DNA of 64,000 bases, from contig OZ246418.1 of NCBI GenBank assembly GCA_965231155.1, positions 42,266-106,265 of the forward strand. Reading direction: 5' to 3'. A model generated the notes under the pieces. The model was not told the origin of the DNA and searched no databases. It was given only the letters and a program-made list of their open reading frames with translations. Both the position numbers and the translations under genes were made by a program. Shown here piece after piece: positions 19,828-30,057 of the stretch. This stretch comes from an uncultured Candidatus Saccharibacteria bacterium (GTDB taxonomy: Bacteria; Patescibacteriota; Minisyncoccia; UBA6257; 2-01-FULL-56-20). Within the stretch, counting starts at the first letter, position 1. Each line of letters starts with the position of its first letter.

Positions 19828-19854
19828 AGTCCCTACATCTTACGATGTGGGACT
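19828..19854. terminator. Hairpin between convergent pyrG and small membrane ORF (candidate bidirectional terminator)
   Basis: AGTCCCTACATC-ttacg-GATGTGGGACT stem-loop, flanked by A-run on the + strand (T-run for the minus strand). Confidence 0.45.
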
Positions 19855-20119
19855 AAAATTGTTCGGGCGAACCTGCGCTCCCGGAATCTTGGGACGGCCA
19901 GAGCATGGAAATCCCGTTCAGACTCACGAGTGCGCCGACAGCTCCGAGAAAAAACATGCTACTCACATAGCCTTTGAGCATGAAGCTACCACCAATAGCC
20001 ACGTAGGTCATCGAAACTAGCTTCGAATCCTTGCTCAAGATACCGATCTTTTCGAGTAGGAGTACCCCAGCTCCAGCGAACCCAATTGGTAGCACGACAT
20101 AATAGTCTGCCCAATTCAT
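19853..20119 (-). CDS. Small membrane protein (2 TM), unknown
   Basis: 88 aa, hydrophobic with GxxxG-like motifs. Confidence 0.35.
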   Translation of the reverse strand: MNWADYYVVLPIGFAGAGVLLLEKIGILSKDSKLVSMTYVAIGGSFMLKGYVSSMFFLGAVGALVSLNGISMLWPSQDSGSAGSPEQF

Positions 20120-20170
20120 AGATCCTCCTTTCAGAATCTGACTGAATTATATTCAGCTAGGGAGTACGTG

Positions 20171-20200
20171 TCAAAAAAATACCAGCGGTTAGGCTGGTAT
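20171..20200 (-). terminator. Rho-independent terminator downstream of rplU
   Basis: Minus-strand reading gives AATACCAGC-ctaac-GCTGGTATT followed by TTTTTTT. The hairpin overlaps the rplU stop codon. Confidence 0.6.
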
Positions 20201-20503
20201 TTTTGTAATTTCTACTTCGGTGAATGGTTGGCGATGACCCTTGCGACGACGCAAGCGAGTCTTTGAGTGATATTTGAAAATAAGCTTCTTTACTCCCCGG
20301 CCTTCAGAGACTACCTTTGCGGCAACGGTTGTTTTGAGGTATGGAGTGCCCACCTCAACCTTGTCGCCATCCGCCACCAGCAGTACTTTATCAAAAGAAA
20401 CCTCGCCGCCAGTAGTGGTTTCGAGCTTCTCGATCTTCAGTTTTTCGCCAGAGACAATCTTATACTGCTTGCCCCCAGTCTCAATAATTGCAAATTGTGC
20501 CAT
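20189..20503 (-). CDS. rplU: 50S ribosomal protein L21
   Basis: MAQFAIIETGGKQYKIVSGEKLKIEKL... matches L21. Start set at MAQF rather than the upstream ORF-track Met. Confidence 0.9.
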   Translation of the reverse strand: MAQFAIIETGGKQYKIVSGEKLKIEKLETTTGGEVSFDKVLLVADGDKVEVGTPYLKTTVAAKVVSEGRGVKKLIFKYHSKTRLRRRKGHRQPFTEVEITKIPA

Positions 20504-20504
20504 A

Positions 20505-20873
20505 TCAATTGACAGTGATAATAGCCCGAAAGGCGACAAAAAGCAAGATGGCCAGGCCTAAAGTAACCGCAGCCACGAACTTCCCCCAAAACCAGTCCCT
20601 ATCCTCCAGTTCTATGGCAATGAAATAGTTACTTATAACAATTACTAAACCAATCAAGCCATACCCCTCTAACTGCCAGAGACTTCCGAACTGATCGATG
20701 CCACTCTTCGTGAAATGAAGGACCAAAGGATCACTCTCGCCCCGAAGGAAGAAAAAAGCCAACCCCTGCGCAAGGAGAATTAACGCAAAGGCTGAACCAC
20801 AAAGCATATTAATCAAAGGATACCCCTGAGCTTTTTTCGCAAAGTCACTCAGTCGTTTTTTTTGTTTGATCAT
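20505..20873 (-). CDS. Membrane protein, unknown
   Basis: 122 aa with 3 hydrophobic helices. Confidence 0.4.
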   Translation of the reverse strand: MIKQKKRLSDFAKKAQGYPLINMLCGSAFALILLAQGLAFFFLRGESDPLVLHFTKSGIDQFGSLWQLEGYGLIGLVIVISNYFIAIELEDRDWFWGKFVAAVTLGLAILLFVAFRAIITVN

Positions 20874-21865
20874 CGTGAAGACTTGAGAAAAGCTGCTACC
20901 GCATCCGGATCGGCAGTATTAATATCTACGCCCGTGGACAACTCAAAACCTGCCGACGTCGAGAGCTGAGGGAATATCTCCATATGCCAGTGGTAGTAGT
21001 GATATTTATCCTGATTTTTGAGTGGTGAAGTGTGAATGAAAAAATTCAGATCTGGGTCATGGAGCTTTTTCCTAATAATAGCGAGACTTTTCTGTAGCAA
21101 GTCGGTCACTCCAGCTAATACTTGAGGCGAAGAACGTTCGAAATATGATAAATGTTTCTTAGGGAAAAGCCTTATCTCGTATGATCGACGAGACACATAG
21201 GGAGCCATTACAATTGCCTCTTCGTTTTCTAAAATGATTCTCTTTCCGATCTTCTTTTCATAAGTCAACATTTCGCAGTGGATACAGGCCTTATTCTTTT
21301 CATAGTATCGCTCTGAACCACTCAGTGAGTGATGAATGTCTGGTGGCACAATCGGTAGCGAAAGAATCTGATAATGCGGATGATAGACGGAAGCCCCAGC
21401 CTTCGGACCCCAGTTAAAAAAGGCAGAGGTATATACAATGCAAGGATCGTCAACAAGTTGCTGATAGCGCATCTGCAGTATTTCTAGTACTTCTCGAGCA
21501 TGTGCCGGAGTAAGCATCGAAATATTTTTATTGTGATCACGTGTAATAATGAGATCGTGATGCCCAATCCCCGTCCTCGCCGCATACGGTCCATCCTTAA
21601 AAACCTCTGAACACTGCTCAATATGGTTCAAGGCGGGAAAACGATTCGGGATAACAATCACTCGCCATTTCCTAGATTTTGGCAAACTTAAAATCGGTGG
21701 CCAGTTAGAAGCCAGAGATAATCTCTTCTCTTCGAAAGGACAGGTATCACGAGAAGCCGGCTTACGCTTTTCCTTCCCCTTACCAAACTCAGAAGGTCGA
21801 GCAGCTCGCTCTGGAGACATGAGTATCCAGTCTCCAGAAACAGGATCTTGTCGAAATTCACTCAT
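20870..21865 (-). CDS. galT: Galactose-1-phosphate uridylyltransferase (HIT family)
   Basis: Zinc-binding C-x-F-C...H motif region (DTCPFE), HCEM and active-site H-x-H-x-E/Q (YHWHMEIFPQ). Overall GalT length. Confidence 0.8.
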   Translation of the reverse strand: MSEFRQDPVSGDWILMSPERAARPSEFGKGKEKRKPASRDTCPFEEKRLSLASNWPPILSLPKSRKWRVIVIPNRFPALNHIEQCSEVFKDGPYAARTGIGHHDLIITRDHNKNISMLTPAHAREVLEILQMRYQQLVDDPCIVYTSAFFNWGPKAGASVYHPHYQILSLPIVPPDIHHSLSGSERYYEKNKACIHCEMLTYEKKIGKRIILENEEAIVMAPYVSRRSYEIRLFPKKHLSYFERSSPQVLAGVTDLLQKSLAIIRKKLHDPDLNFFIHTSPLKNQDKYHYYHWHMEIFPQLSTSAGFELSTGVDINTADPDAVAAFLKSSR

Positions 21866-21894
21866 GAATAGTTAGGATAAAAAATCTAGATGAA

Positions 21895-23829
21895 TCAATC
21901 TTTCGGGGGTCTGACTGTTTCTTTCCCCATCTTATGTAGATAGTACCACTCGAAAACATCTTTGGCGATTGGCAGGGCGTTCAAGCTCCCCTGTTTCGCA
22001 TTCTCTACCAGCACCAGAATAGCTATTTCCGGTTTCTCTATCGGAGCATACCCCACAAAGAAAGCGTTCTCGGCGCGATTGTTATTAATCTGAGCCGTTC
22101 CCGTTTTTCCTGCAACTTTTATAGGCAACTTCACCAAACTGTAACTTGATCCTATGGGCGAAGTCACCGCTAACTCCATTCCTTTCTGGGCCCAGCGAAT
22201 CTCCGGACCAAGATACGTTAGATCTTTCATCACTTCAGGTTCCAGCTCAGCTGAAAAATGAGGACGGTAGAGCGTCCCACCATTCGCCATGGCGGCAATA
22301 TAATTCAGAAGTTGAATTGGGGTGACCTGAAGATCTCCCTGGCCGATACTCACATTATACGTATCACCCAAAGTCCACGGTCGGTTCCGACGAGCCTGCG
22401 ACTCATCTGGTTCGGGAAGCTTGCCCTTGGCCTCACCCACAAAATCAACGCCGGTTAATTTACCTAATCCGAAAACATCCCACCACGCAAGCAGGTGCCC
22501 AATACCCAAACCTTTGATATCACCGAAACCACCGCCCACCTCATAGAAATAAACATTCGAAGACTGAGCAATGGCCGACATTACATTCACATACCCTTGA
22601 GGTCGCCAGTCTAAGAACCGAGAAGGCTTAGAAGGATTATAGGGGTTAGGAATATCGAGATATCCAGGAGAGTAGATAGTTCTCTGAGGCGTAATCACCT
22701 TCTCCTTTAAGGCCGCAACGGCCACCAACGGCTTTATAGTTGAACCAGGACTATAGAATCCAGAAATGACTCGGTTAAAAAAAGGATGGAAAGGCGAATT
22801 GAATATTTCTTGTTTCTCTTTGTTTCTCCCAGGAGAGGAGAGGATATTGTTATCATATGTTGGAAGACTGACCATAGCTAAGATCTCTCCATTTTGAGGA
22901 TTCATAATGAGGCCAGCGCCAGACTGCCGACCAAGAGACTGTAAACCGCTCACCATCCGATTATAAAAATACCGCTGTAGATCGCTATCAATAGTGAGCC
23001 TAAGTGTCTTTCCAGAAACGGGCGGTACTGACTCGGCCTGGTTCAAAGCAGTCCCCCGAGCATCCCGACGCTCAGCCCGATATCCATTCACTCCTCTGAG
23101 ATAGTCGTCATAGTAAGCTTCAATACCTACCTTACCAACCAAGAACTCATTCTTCAGCTTCGGATTTTTTTCTAAGCTCACGGCATCAACCCGGCCAGTA
23201 TAGCCAACAATAGAAGAAAAGATGGGGCCACCAACATAATGACGCTTAAATCCAGACTGCACAGTCACGGGCAAGTTCGGATGAGTTTCGAAGGCAACAA
23301 TCTGTGCTTCATCTAATGCTTCGGAAAGTAAGATCTGATCTTTTTCTTTTTCCAGTCCTTCCACAATCTGATTTTCAATTTCTGCGATGGGAAGATTAAT
23401 TATTCCACTAATCCCCTCGAGAATAGCCTGCTGATCAGAAGTTGGCGCCAGAAAATCTTTCACTCGCAAAAAGGCAAGAAAACTGGGCGCGTTATCAACT
23501 AAGACTACGCCATTCCGATCAGTAATCACTCCCCGAGGAGCAGGATCAATTTTCCTTGCTTCCAAATTAGATTTTGCCCGTACTGAATAATCTTCATAAG
23601 AGAATGGTCCTAAAAATATCACCCGCCCTACCACAATAGTAAGCACTAACACTACCCAAAAACCAAGAACAACAAAAACTCGATTGCGAAGTGGCACTTC
23701 AACGAGTCCAAAACTCCCCAGCGACTCAGTCGCGGAGAGGTCTTCAAAAGCAAAATCAAAATCTGATTTTCTAGAAAAACGCTTCATATGGCTCAGCATT
23801 AAATGTATACCAGGAAGCCGTGTACGCAA
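21895..23829 (-). CDS. mrdA: Penicillin-binding protein 2 (class B transpeptidase)
   Basis: SxxK (SPGSTIKP), SxN, KTG (KTGTAQ) motifs. Follows mreBCD. Confidence 0.85.
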   Translation of the reverse strand: MRTRLPGIHLMLSHMKRFSRKSDFDFAFEDLSATESLGSFGLVEVPLRNRVFVVLGFWVVLVLTIVVGRVIFLGPFSYEDYSVRAKSNLEARKIDPAPRGVITDRNGVVLVDNAPSFLAFLRVKDFLAPTSDQQAILEGISGIINLPIAEIENQIVEGLEKEKDQILLSEALDEAQIVAFETHPNLPVTVQSGFKRHYVGGPIFSSIVGYTGRVDAVSLEKNPKLKNEFLVGKVGIEAYYDDYLRGVNGYRAERRDARGTALNQAESVPPVSGKTLRLTIDSDLQRYFYNRMVSGLQSLGRQSGAGLIMNPQNGEILAMVSLPTYDNNILSSPGRNKEKQEIFNSPFHPFFNRVISGFYSPGSTIKPLVAVAALKEKVITPQRTIYSPGYLDIPNPYNPSKPSRFLDWRPQGYVNVMSAIAQSSNVYFYEVGGGFGDIKGLGIGHLLAWWDVFGLGKLTGVDFVGEAKGKLPEPDESQARRNRPWTLGDTYNVSIGQGDLQVTPIQLLNYIAAMANGGTLYRPHFSAELEPEVMKDLTYLGPEIRWAQKGMELAVTSPIGSSYSLVKLPIKVAGKTGTAQINNNRAENAFFVGYAPIEKPEIAILVLVENAKQGSLNALPIAKDVFEWYYLHKMGKETVRPPKD

Positions 23830-24224
23830 ATACTGACTAATAGACTCATTACAAGAATCTCAAAAAGAAAAAGAGGGGCCGTGAAAAATGCTATCCCTAC
23901 AGTTCCAAGATAAAATAGGCTCACCCCTAGGCTGGCGAGCAAAGGAGAAAGTAAGGGAGAATGCCCTAACACAAATAGTCGCAAAAAGTGACTAAAAGAG
24001 ACTATCACTAAGATTGTAATCAACTCCACAGAGATGACAGGACCGGCCACTACAAGAAATCCACAAAGTGTAAGAATTAATAGATTGATAATTGGAATCC
24101 CCCCCGAAAGAGCAATCAGGCCCATGAGTAAAAGATCGGGCGCATAACCAGACCAGAGAACCATCTTCAACTGAAGGAGTGCGAGGAGAATGGTGAGGAA
24201 AAGTAATATAAAGCCTTTCTTCAT
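23799..24224 (-). CDS. mreD: Rod shape-determining protein MreD (membrane)
   Basis: 141-aa polytopic membrane protein directly between mreC and PBP2. Confidence 0.5.
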   Translation of the reverse strand: MKKGFILLFLTILLALLQLKMVLWSGYAPDLLLMGLIALSGGIPIINLLILTLCGFLVVAGPVISVELITILVIVSFSHFLRLFVLGHSPLLSPLLASLGVSLFYLGTVGIAFFTAPLFLFEILVMSLLVSICVHGFLVYI

Positions 24225-24913
24225 ATCTCAGATTCAACGACAACCTTCAGTAGGTTATTAATATCATACGGAAATTCGATATCAGCTTCCCTGAAAAGTT
24301 GATCGGAAGAAAGGCGAACCTCTCTAAGGCGCCCGATGACGGCGCCATATGGCATTTCAGGAGCAGCGCTCACAATAATATCGCCGGGAGATACTTTCGA
24401 TTCTTTTGGGAGAGTGGTAATTATTGGACTGAGCCCCCCAACGAATAACCCTGATGTTTTTTGATTACCAATTCGAACTGCACTTTTAAAATTATGATCG
24501 AAGACTGTCTTTACAAAACTTTTCGTAGCGGTTGTCTTTGAAATCGTACCAACAAAAAATATACCCGATGAAGATGGTTTTCTTTCAGTTCCGCTTAAAA
24601 ACGCCATAACAGCCGCTCCCTCTTTCACGCCACCACGAGTACCTTTGTCGATAATTAACTCGTGCTTAAAGTTAAGCGGATAGTGCGAGTATACATTCGC
24701 AACAATACCCTCGACACCTGAGACGCGATCGTCATTTTTCATTAACTGATTCTTAAGATAGGCGTTCTCGCCTCGTAGCAGATCAATCTCGTCCTGCACT
24801 GGACTCAGTTGTTGGCCAAAACTATGAAACCGCCAGAGCGTATTTGGAGACCAGGCAACGAGAATAACAAGGAGAATGAGAAAGGCTCCTGGAAGCCAGC
24901 CGTATTCTCTCAT
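24221..24913 (-). CDS. mreC: Rod shape-determining protein MreC
   Basis: N-terminal TM, coiled-coil, then beta-rich domain. Position between mreB and mreD. Confidence 0.7.
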   Translation of the reverse strand: MREYGWLPGAFLILLVILVAWSPNTLWRFHSFGQQLSPVQDEIDLLRGENAYLKNQLMKNDDRVSGVEGIVANVYSHYPLNFKHELIIDKGTRGGVKEGAAVMAFLSGTERKPSSSGIFFVGTISKTTATKSFVKTVFDHNFKSAVRIGNQKTSGLFVGGLSPIITTLPKESKVSPGDIIVSAAPEMPYGAVIGRLREVRLSSDQLFREADIEFPYDINNLLKVVVESEI

Positions 24914-25992
24914 GAAACGCGAATTTCTAACGCTCTTTGAGGGTTATCGAAAAGTGGACGATTTTGATCGATATCCTCGATTAACTGACCCAAACCACGA
25001 GCCACACACAACAATGGATCCTCAACAACTACCGTTTTCACTGACGTCTCTTTCTCAATCAGTCGATCCAGACCCCACAGAAGTGCCCCGCCACCACAAA
25101 GGTGGATACCACGCTCTAAGAGATCGCCGGCCAGTTCCGGAGGAGTTGACTCAATCACTTCCTCGACGCTCTCAACGATGGTTTTCAAGGAACGTTGGAG
25201 AGCTGTTCTCACCTGAGAACTTTTCATTACCACCTCCCGAGGAAGACCAGTTGAAACATCTCGTCCCTTAATAGAAAGCTCGTGTTGTCCTCCGGGCCGA
25301 TGCTCTCCTGGAAGAGCCGAACCAACCATCATTTTTGCCAACTCAGCAGTTGGTTCACCAATAATCAACTTAAACTCGTCTCGAACAAAACGAATAATAT
25401 CATCGTTGAACTTATCCCCCGCAGTCTTCAAAGTCTTCGAGATAACCATACCGCCCATAGAAATAACAGCGATATCGGTGGTGCCTCCACCGATATCAAC
25501 TATCAGACTGGCGGTTGGTGAGTAGATAGGAAGATTTGCCCCAAGTGCGGCGGCGACTGGCGAATCTACTAGATATACCCGAGAGCAACCAGAGTTTAAG
25601 GCGGCATCCTCTACGGACTTTCGTTCTACTTCAGTCAGTCCGTCGGGAATGGCGAGCACTGCACGACGAAATCCAAAAGAAAATCCCTGACTAAATCGTT
25701 TGAAAAAATGACGCAAAAGTTCCTGAGTCATCTCAAAATCAGAAATCACGCCATTCACTAGTGGTCGGATGACTTCGATATGTCCCGGAGTTCGCGCCAG
25801 CATCTTTTTGGCATCATCGCCAACCGCCACAATCTGATTTGCTTTTCGATTAATCGCCGTGACCGATGGTTCGTTCACCACCACACCTCTTCCCTTCACG
25901 TAGATCACGACGTTCGCGGTGCCAAGATCGATACCTATATCGGTGAAAAAATAGTTTAAATAATTCCGAGACATATTCTTTTGAGAAACCAA
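24910..25992 (-). CDS. mreB: Rod shape-determining actin homolog MreB
   Basis: DIGIDLGTANVVIYV..., DIGGGTTDIAV actin-fold phosphate motifs. Confidence 0.9.
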   Translation of the reverse strand: MVSQKNMSRNYLNYFFTDIGIDLGTANVVIYVKGRGVVVNEPSVTAINRKANQIVAVGDDAKKMLARTPGHIEVIRPLVNGVISDFEMTQELLRHFFKRFSQGFSFGFRRAVLAIPDGLTEVERKSVEDAALNSGCSRVYLVDSPVAAALGANLPIYSPTASLIVDIGGGTTDIAVISMGGMVISKTLKTAGDKFNDDIIRFVRDEFKLIIGEPTAELAKMMVGSALPGEHRPGGQHELSIKGRDVSTGLPREVVMKSSQVRTALQRSLKTIVESVEEVIESTPPELAGDLLERGIHLCGGGALLWGLDRLIEKETSVKTVVVEDPLLCVARGLGQLIEDIDQNRPLFDNPQRALEIRVS

Positions 25993-25994
25993 GA

Positions 25995-27257
25995 CTACTC
26001 TCCCTTAATCAATTTTAAAGCTTCTTCGTACGAAACAATTTGCACCTCCTCGCTATTCCGTTTTTTTAGTTCCACTTTATCTCCCAGTTTCGGACTGACG
26101 ACTGCTCGCCAGGGTAGACCAATAAGATCGGCATCGGCGAACTTTTCTCCCGCACTGACCTCTCTGTCGTCATAGAGTACTTCAACGCTCGCAGCTTGTA
26201 AATCTGCATAAAAATCCTCTCCCGAAGCCCCGCCAAGCGCGAGAATATGCACCTTAAATGGAGCCACCGATTCTGGCCAGATAATGCCCTTCTCATCGTG
26301 CCACTTCTCCACAATCACACCCATTAATCGGGAGATACCAATACCATAGCAACCCATAATCACTTCTTTTTCTGAACCATCCTGGTCTTTGTAGGTGAGA
26401 TTAAACGGTGCCGAGTACTTAGTTTTTAGTTTGAAGATATTCCCCACTTCGGCGGCCACATCTTCTTTTAAGTCAGTCGTTCCGCATGAAGGACAGGTTG
26501 ATTGCTCTTCGATAATTTCTTTGTTGATTGCGATCTTGCAGGACTGACAGATATAGATAGTATCCTCACCGGCCGAAGTGAGTGTCTGGAACTCGTGAGA
26601 GTATTTGGCAAAAGTGCCTCCTGATGCAAAGGTAAAATATGTCGACTCTCCTAGGCCCACCGCTTCATAGATGCGAGTATACGCCTCTCTCACTTTTTCA
26701 TAATACTCATCGAGATCGGTTTCGTTCGTATGGAAAGAATAGAGGTCTTTCATTAAGAATTCACGACCACGAAGCAATCCAGACTTGGCACGCTTCTCAT
26801 CGCGGAACTTAGTCTGTACCTGAAAGACGTATTTTGGTAAATCCTGATAAGAAAGAATACTTCGTTTACCCAGTGGCGAGACAATTTCTTCGTGAGTCGG
26901 TCCAAGCGCATACTCGCTTTGTGAGTAGTGACTCGTGAACCGGAATAACGTGTCATAAGTTTCCCATCGTCCAGTTGTCTCCCAGTTCGTTTTTGACTGC
27001 AATGCCGGCATCAAAATTTCCTGGCCTCCGACTGCCTCAATTTCTGTGCGAACAATATTTTCAATATTTCTTAAAGTCCTCAAACCTAATGGTAAAAAAG
27101 TGTAGACACCAGCCATCAACTTATCGACGAAACCAGCGCGCATCAATAACTGCGCATTTAAAGCCAACTCATCCTTCGGAGCCTGTCGTTCTGTTTTTGA
27201 AAAAAGTGTGGACTGTCGCATGAATACTAGGGTATCACGCGAGGCTAGGCTTGGCAA
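25995..27257 (-). CDS. proS: Proline--tRNA ligase (short form)
   Basis: N-terminal MRQSTLFSKTERQAPKD typical of ProRS; class II aaRS motifs; C-terminal anticodon-binding region. Confidence 0.7.
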   Translation of the reverse strand: MPSLASRDTLVFMRQSTLFSKTERQAPKDELALNAQLLMRAGFVDKLMAGVYTFLPLGLRTLRNIENIVRTEIEAVGGQEILMPALQSKTNWETTGRWETYDTLFRFTSHYSQSEYALGPTHEEIVSPLGKRSILSYQDLPKYVFQVQTKFRDEKRAKSGLLRGREFLMKDLYSFHTNETDLDEYYEKVREAYTRIYEAVGLGESTYFTFASGGTFAKYSHEFQTLTSAGEDTIYICQSCKIAINKEIIEEQSTCPSCGTTDLKEDVAAEVGNIFKLKTKYSAPFNLTYKDQDGSEKEVIMGCYGIGISRLMGVIVEKWHDEKGIIWPESVAPFKVHILALGGASGEDFYADLQAASVEVLYDDREVSAGEKFADADLIGLPWRAVVSPKLGDKVELKKRNSEEVQIVSYEEALKLIKGE

Positions 27258-27284
27258 AAACTGATTTCCTCGTAATAGGAGAAG

Positions 27285-27887
27285 TTAGGAGAAATCTCTG
27301 AGTAGAATCTCCCTCGCTCTTCGCAATGCCTGACCACGATGACTCACACTATTCTTCTCTTCAAAAGTAGCCTGAGCCCCTGTCTTTTTTAAGACACTAC
27401 TATAAAACACCGGGTCATAGCCAAAGCCATTTATGCCAACTGGTTCTCTGACGATGACCCCTTCGTACGAACCCTCACAAGTCCTCACTTTATCGTTTTC
27501 TGGATTATAGATCGCTACCACTGCTCGAAAACGCGCTGTCCTTTTTTCATCTGGGATATCTTTCAGTTCTTCTAAAAGTTTTCTGTAACGATCCTCGTCT
27601 GTGCCTGGAGCGTACCGAGCAGTATAGACTCCGGGCCGACCATTCAACGCATCGACTTCCAAACCAGCATCTTCGGCCAGAGTTAAAAGGCCAGTCTTTT
27701 TTCCAATGGTCATAGCTTTAACAATGGCGTTTCCTTCAAAGGTCATGCCGGGTTCTTCCACTTCATAGCCGGGAGGGAGGCCGGAAATATTATTTAAACT
27801 TAAAAATTCGAAAGGGAGATCTTTTAAAAGCGCCACAATCTCTGGAAATTTTCCCTGATTCCGCGTGGCAATTAAAAGTTGCTTCAT
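27285..27887 (-). CDS. rdgB: Non-canonical purine NTP pyrophosphatase (RdgB/HAM1 ITPase)
   Basis: LIATRNQGKFPE and FGYDPVF motifs. Confidence 0.85.
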   Translation of the reverse strand: MKQLLIATRNQGKFPEIVALLKDLPFEFLSLNNISGLPPGYEVEEPGMTFEGNAIVKAMTIGKKTGLLTLAEDAGLEVDALNGRPGVYTARYAPGTDEDRYRKLLEELKDIPDEKRTARFRAVVAIYNPENDKVRTCEGSYEGVIVREPVGINGFGYDPVFYSSVLKKTGAQATFEEKNSVSHRGQALRRAREILLRDFS

Positions 27888-27893
27888 ACCAAA

Positions 27894-28988
27894 CTACAGC
27901 AAAAGAAACTTATCAAGGAAAAATACGACCAGTCCCAAACCACAAGCCAAGGCTGAAATAATCCAAAAACGCATAGTAATCTTCGACTCATGCCAACCGA
28001 CTGCCTCAAAGTGATGATGGAGTGGCGTGGATATAAAAATCTTTTTCTTAAATAGCTTTTTACTGGCGATCTGCACTAATACCGAAATCGACTCAACGAC
28101 AGGAATAAACATGAAAAGTGGAAGAAGTAACGTAGTGTTAGTTAGCATGGCAATCACTCCTAAGGTGATACCCAGCGACATCGAGCCAGTGTCTCCCATA
28201 AACAACTTTGCCGGAAAAATGTTGTGCCAAAGAAATGCCAATAGGCTTCCCATCATTACCCCACCGAATGCTGCGAGGTGATACCGACCAAGCACAAAGG
28301 CAACTGTCGTTAAGGCACCGAACGCAAACAAAGAAACACCGCCCAGGAGACCATCAAGACCATCCGTCTCGTTCGCTGAAAAAGCTGAAGCAATAATAAT
28401 GAAAATAAAAAGTGGGATATACCAAGGACCAATCTCGAAGGTGCCAAACAAAGGAATCGCAATCTGACTAATCCCTAAACGCACATAAAACCACCAAGCC
28501 CCCACAAGCGCGATGACTGCATAAAGCACAAGTTTATAGCGAATTTTTACTCCGCCACCATCTGTGCCAATTCTCATCACACCAAGGCCATCATCAATAA
28601 GTCCCAGCACCGCAGCGATGAATAAAGTGGCGAGAGGAAGATAAGTTTCTCCTCGATCGATAAAATTAATAAAAGAAAATTGTGGCCATAAATGTCCAAA
28701 CAAAATGTCTAGTACCGCAAAAATAAGTGCCAAAGAGATGACTGTTCCCCAGATGACCACTCCACCAGCGGTTGGCGTACCCGCCTTTTTCTGATGAAGC
28801 CCGTGAAACACAGGAGCATTTTCCGGAGGTCGAATCTGCTTCCCAATATGATATTTATTCAGAATCTTAAACCAAGCTGGAGTTATAAAAAGAGTAACGA
28901 TAAAAGCCACTGCCATAAGTCCAATGATCCGAATGGATTCAAGAGGAATGAGTAAACGAGTGATACCAGTAAAATTCTCAGGACTCAT
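27894..28988 (-). CDS. mraY: MraY/WecA-family phospho-sugar transferase (likely phospho-MurNAc-pentapeptide translocase)
   Basis: NETDGLDGL motif and a 10-TM-type profile. Located in a cell-wall gene neighbourhood. Confidence 0.6.
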   Translation of the reverse strand: MSPENFTGITRLLIPLESIRIIGLMAVAFIVTLFITPAWFKILNKYHIGKQIRPPENAPVFHGLHQKKAGTPTAGGVVIWGTVISLALIFAVLDILFGHLWPQFSFINFIDRGETYLPLATLFIAAVLGLIDDGLGVMRIGTDGGGVKIRYKLVLYAVIALVGAWWFYVRLGISQIAIPLFGTFEIGPWYIPLFIFIIIASAFSANETDGLDGLLGGVSLFAFGALTTVAFVLGRYHLAAFGGVMMGSLLAFLWHNIFPAKLFMGDTGSMSLGITLGVIAMLTNTTLLLPLFMFIPVVESISVLVQIASKKLFKKKIFISTPLHHHFEAVGWHESKITMRFWIISALACGLGLVVFFLDKFLLL

Positions 28989-28996
28989 TTTTTTAT

Positions 28997-30046
28997 TTAT
29001 TCATAGTTTTGCTTAAACCAATCAAGAAGCGTTGAGGTGTCATCAAAACGATTAGAACTATTCAAAACTACAATCAACACCGGCCGTCTTTTCACTGAAA
29101 AAATAGAAAGGAGATTACCTCCAGCTTCGTCAATAAACCCGGTCTTGCCACCAATAAAATCAGATCGGCCTGCAAAGACATTAATGGGTAAGATACTTCG
29201 TTCCCGTTTTGATTTTTGCTCAACCACTCGAACACCAGACTGATGTGTAATATCCAAGATATCTTCATGGTGACTCACCAACTGGAAGGCCAACTTCTCC
29301 AAGTCGGTAACTGACGACTGATTCACTGGAGAAAGGCCAGAAGGATCATAATAGTAGGTCTGTGTCATTCCCCAGATCTTTGCCTGATCATTCATCTTTG
29401 AAAGAAAATCCTCTCGTCCATATGCCTGAGCGAGGGCCTCGGCTGCAGCATTGTCTGAGGCGATAAGCATAATTTCCATGAGATCGCGAACAGTGAACTC
29501 ATCCCCTGCCTTGAGTGCTCGCGTACTCGAACCTTCTTCTTTTGGAAAATTCTCTGGACTTATCGTGATGACTGTCTCTGGCGATAGAACCTTACTGGCG
29601 ATGACTGCAGTCATCAACTTCGTGATAGAAGCAATCGGCCAGTGCCGACTAATTCCCTTCTCAAGATAGTGCGTACCGCTATTCAGATCACCAACCAAAG
29701 CAATCCCTGCCTGTATTTCTGGTGGGTAGATTTCAGCACGCTGGATGAATGGTGATGTAAACGCATTCGTTGACGCAGCCAAGGCACCAACCATCAGTGC
29801 CTCCGTATTACCACCATCCTTGAGTCGGTTGCTATGAATACCCACAGCCATCTCTTTGTCAGACGTTTCGAGTGTAGGGATAGCGGCAGCCTGACTCTGA
29901 AGAGATGATAGAGAGGCGACTCCTGGATTAGTTTGTAACTTATCATTAGCAGTGATCGTCTTACCTTTTTGAGGGACCGTGTTAGCCCAAAAAGCAACAA
30001 GAACCATTACGACGAGCAAAGCAATTTTTTTATGAGTGATAATCAT
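28997..30046 (-). CDS. D-alanyl-D-alanine carboxypeptidase (S11 low-MW PBP)
   Basis: SITKLMT (SxxK), SDN, KTG motifs. N-terminal signal/TM. Confidence 0.8.
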   Translation of the reverse strand: MIITHKKIALLVVMVLVAFWANTVPQKGKTITANDKLQTNPGVASLSSLQSQAAAIPTLETSDKEMAVGIHSNRLKDGGNTEALMVGALAASTNAFTSPFIQRAEIYPPEIQAGIALVGDLNSGTHYLEKGISRHWPIASITKLMTAVIASKVLSPETVITISPENFPKEEGSSTRALKAGDEFTVRDLMEIMLIASDNAAAEALAQAYGREDFLSKMNDQAKIWGMTQTYYYDPSGLSPVNQSSVTDLEKLAFQLVSHHEDILDITHQSGVRVVEQKSKRERSILPINVFAGRSDFIGGKTGFIDEAGGNLLSIFSVKRRPVLIVVLNSSNRFDDTSTLLDWFKQNYE

Positions 30047-30057
30047 GAGCGATAAGG

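Noticed and set aside
20120-20188. Looked for rpmA (L27) downstream of rplU
   Set aside because: Only a terminator and an 88-aa membrane ORF follow. No L27-like sequence (MAHKKGGGS...) in any frame here, so L27 must be elsewhere.
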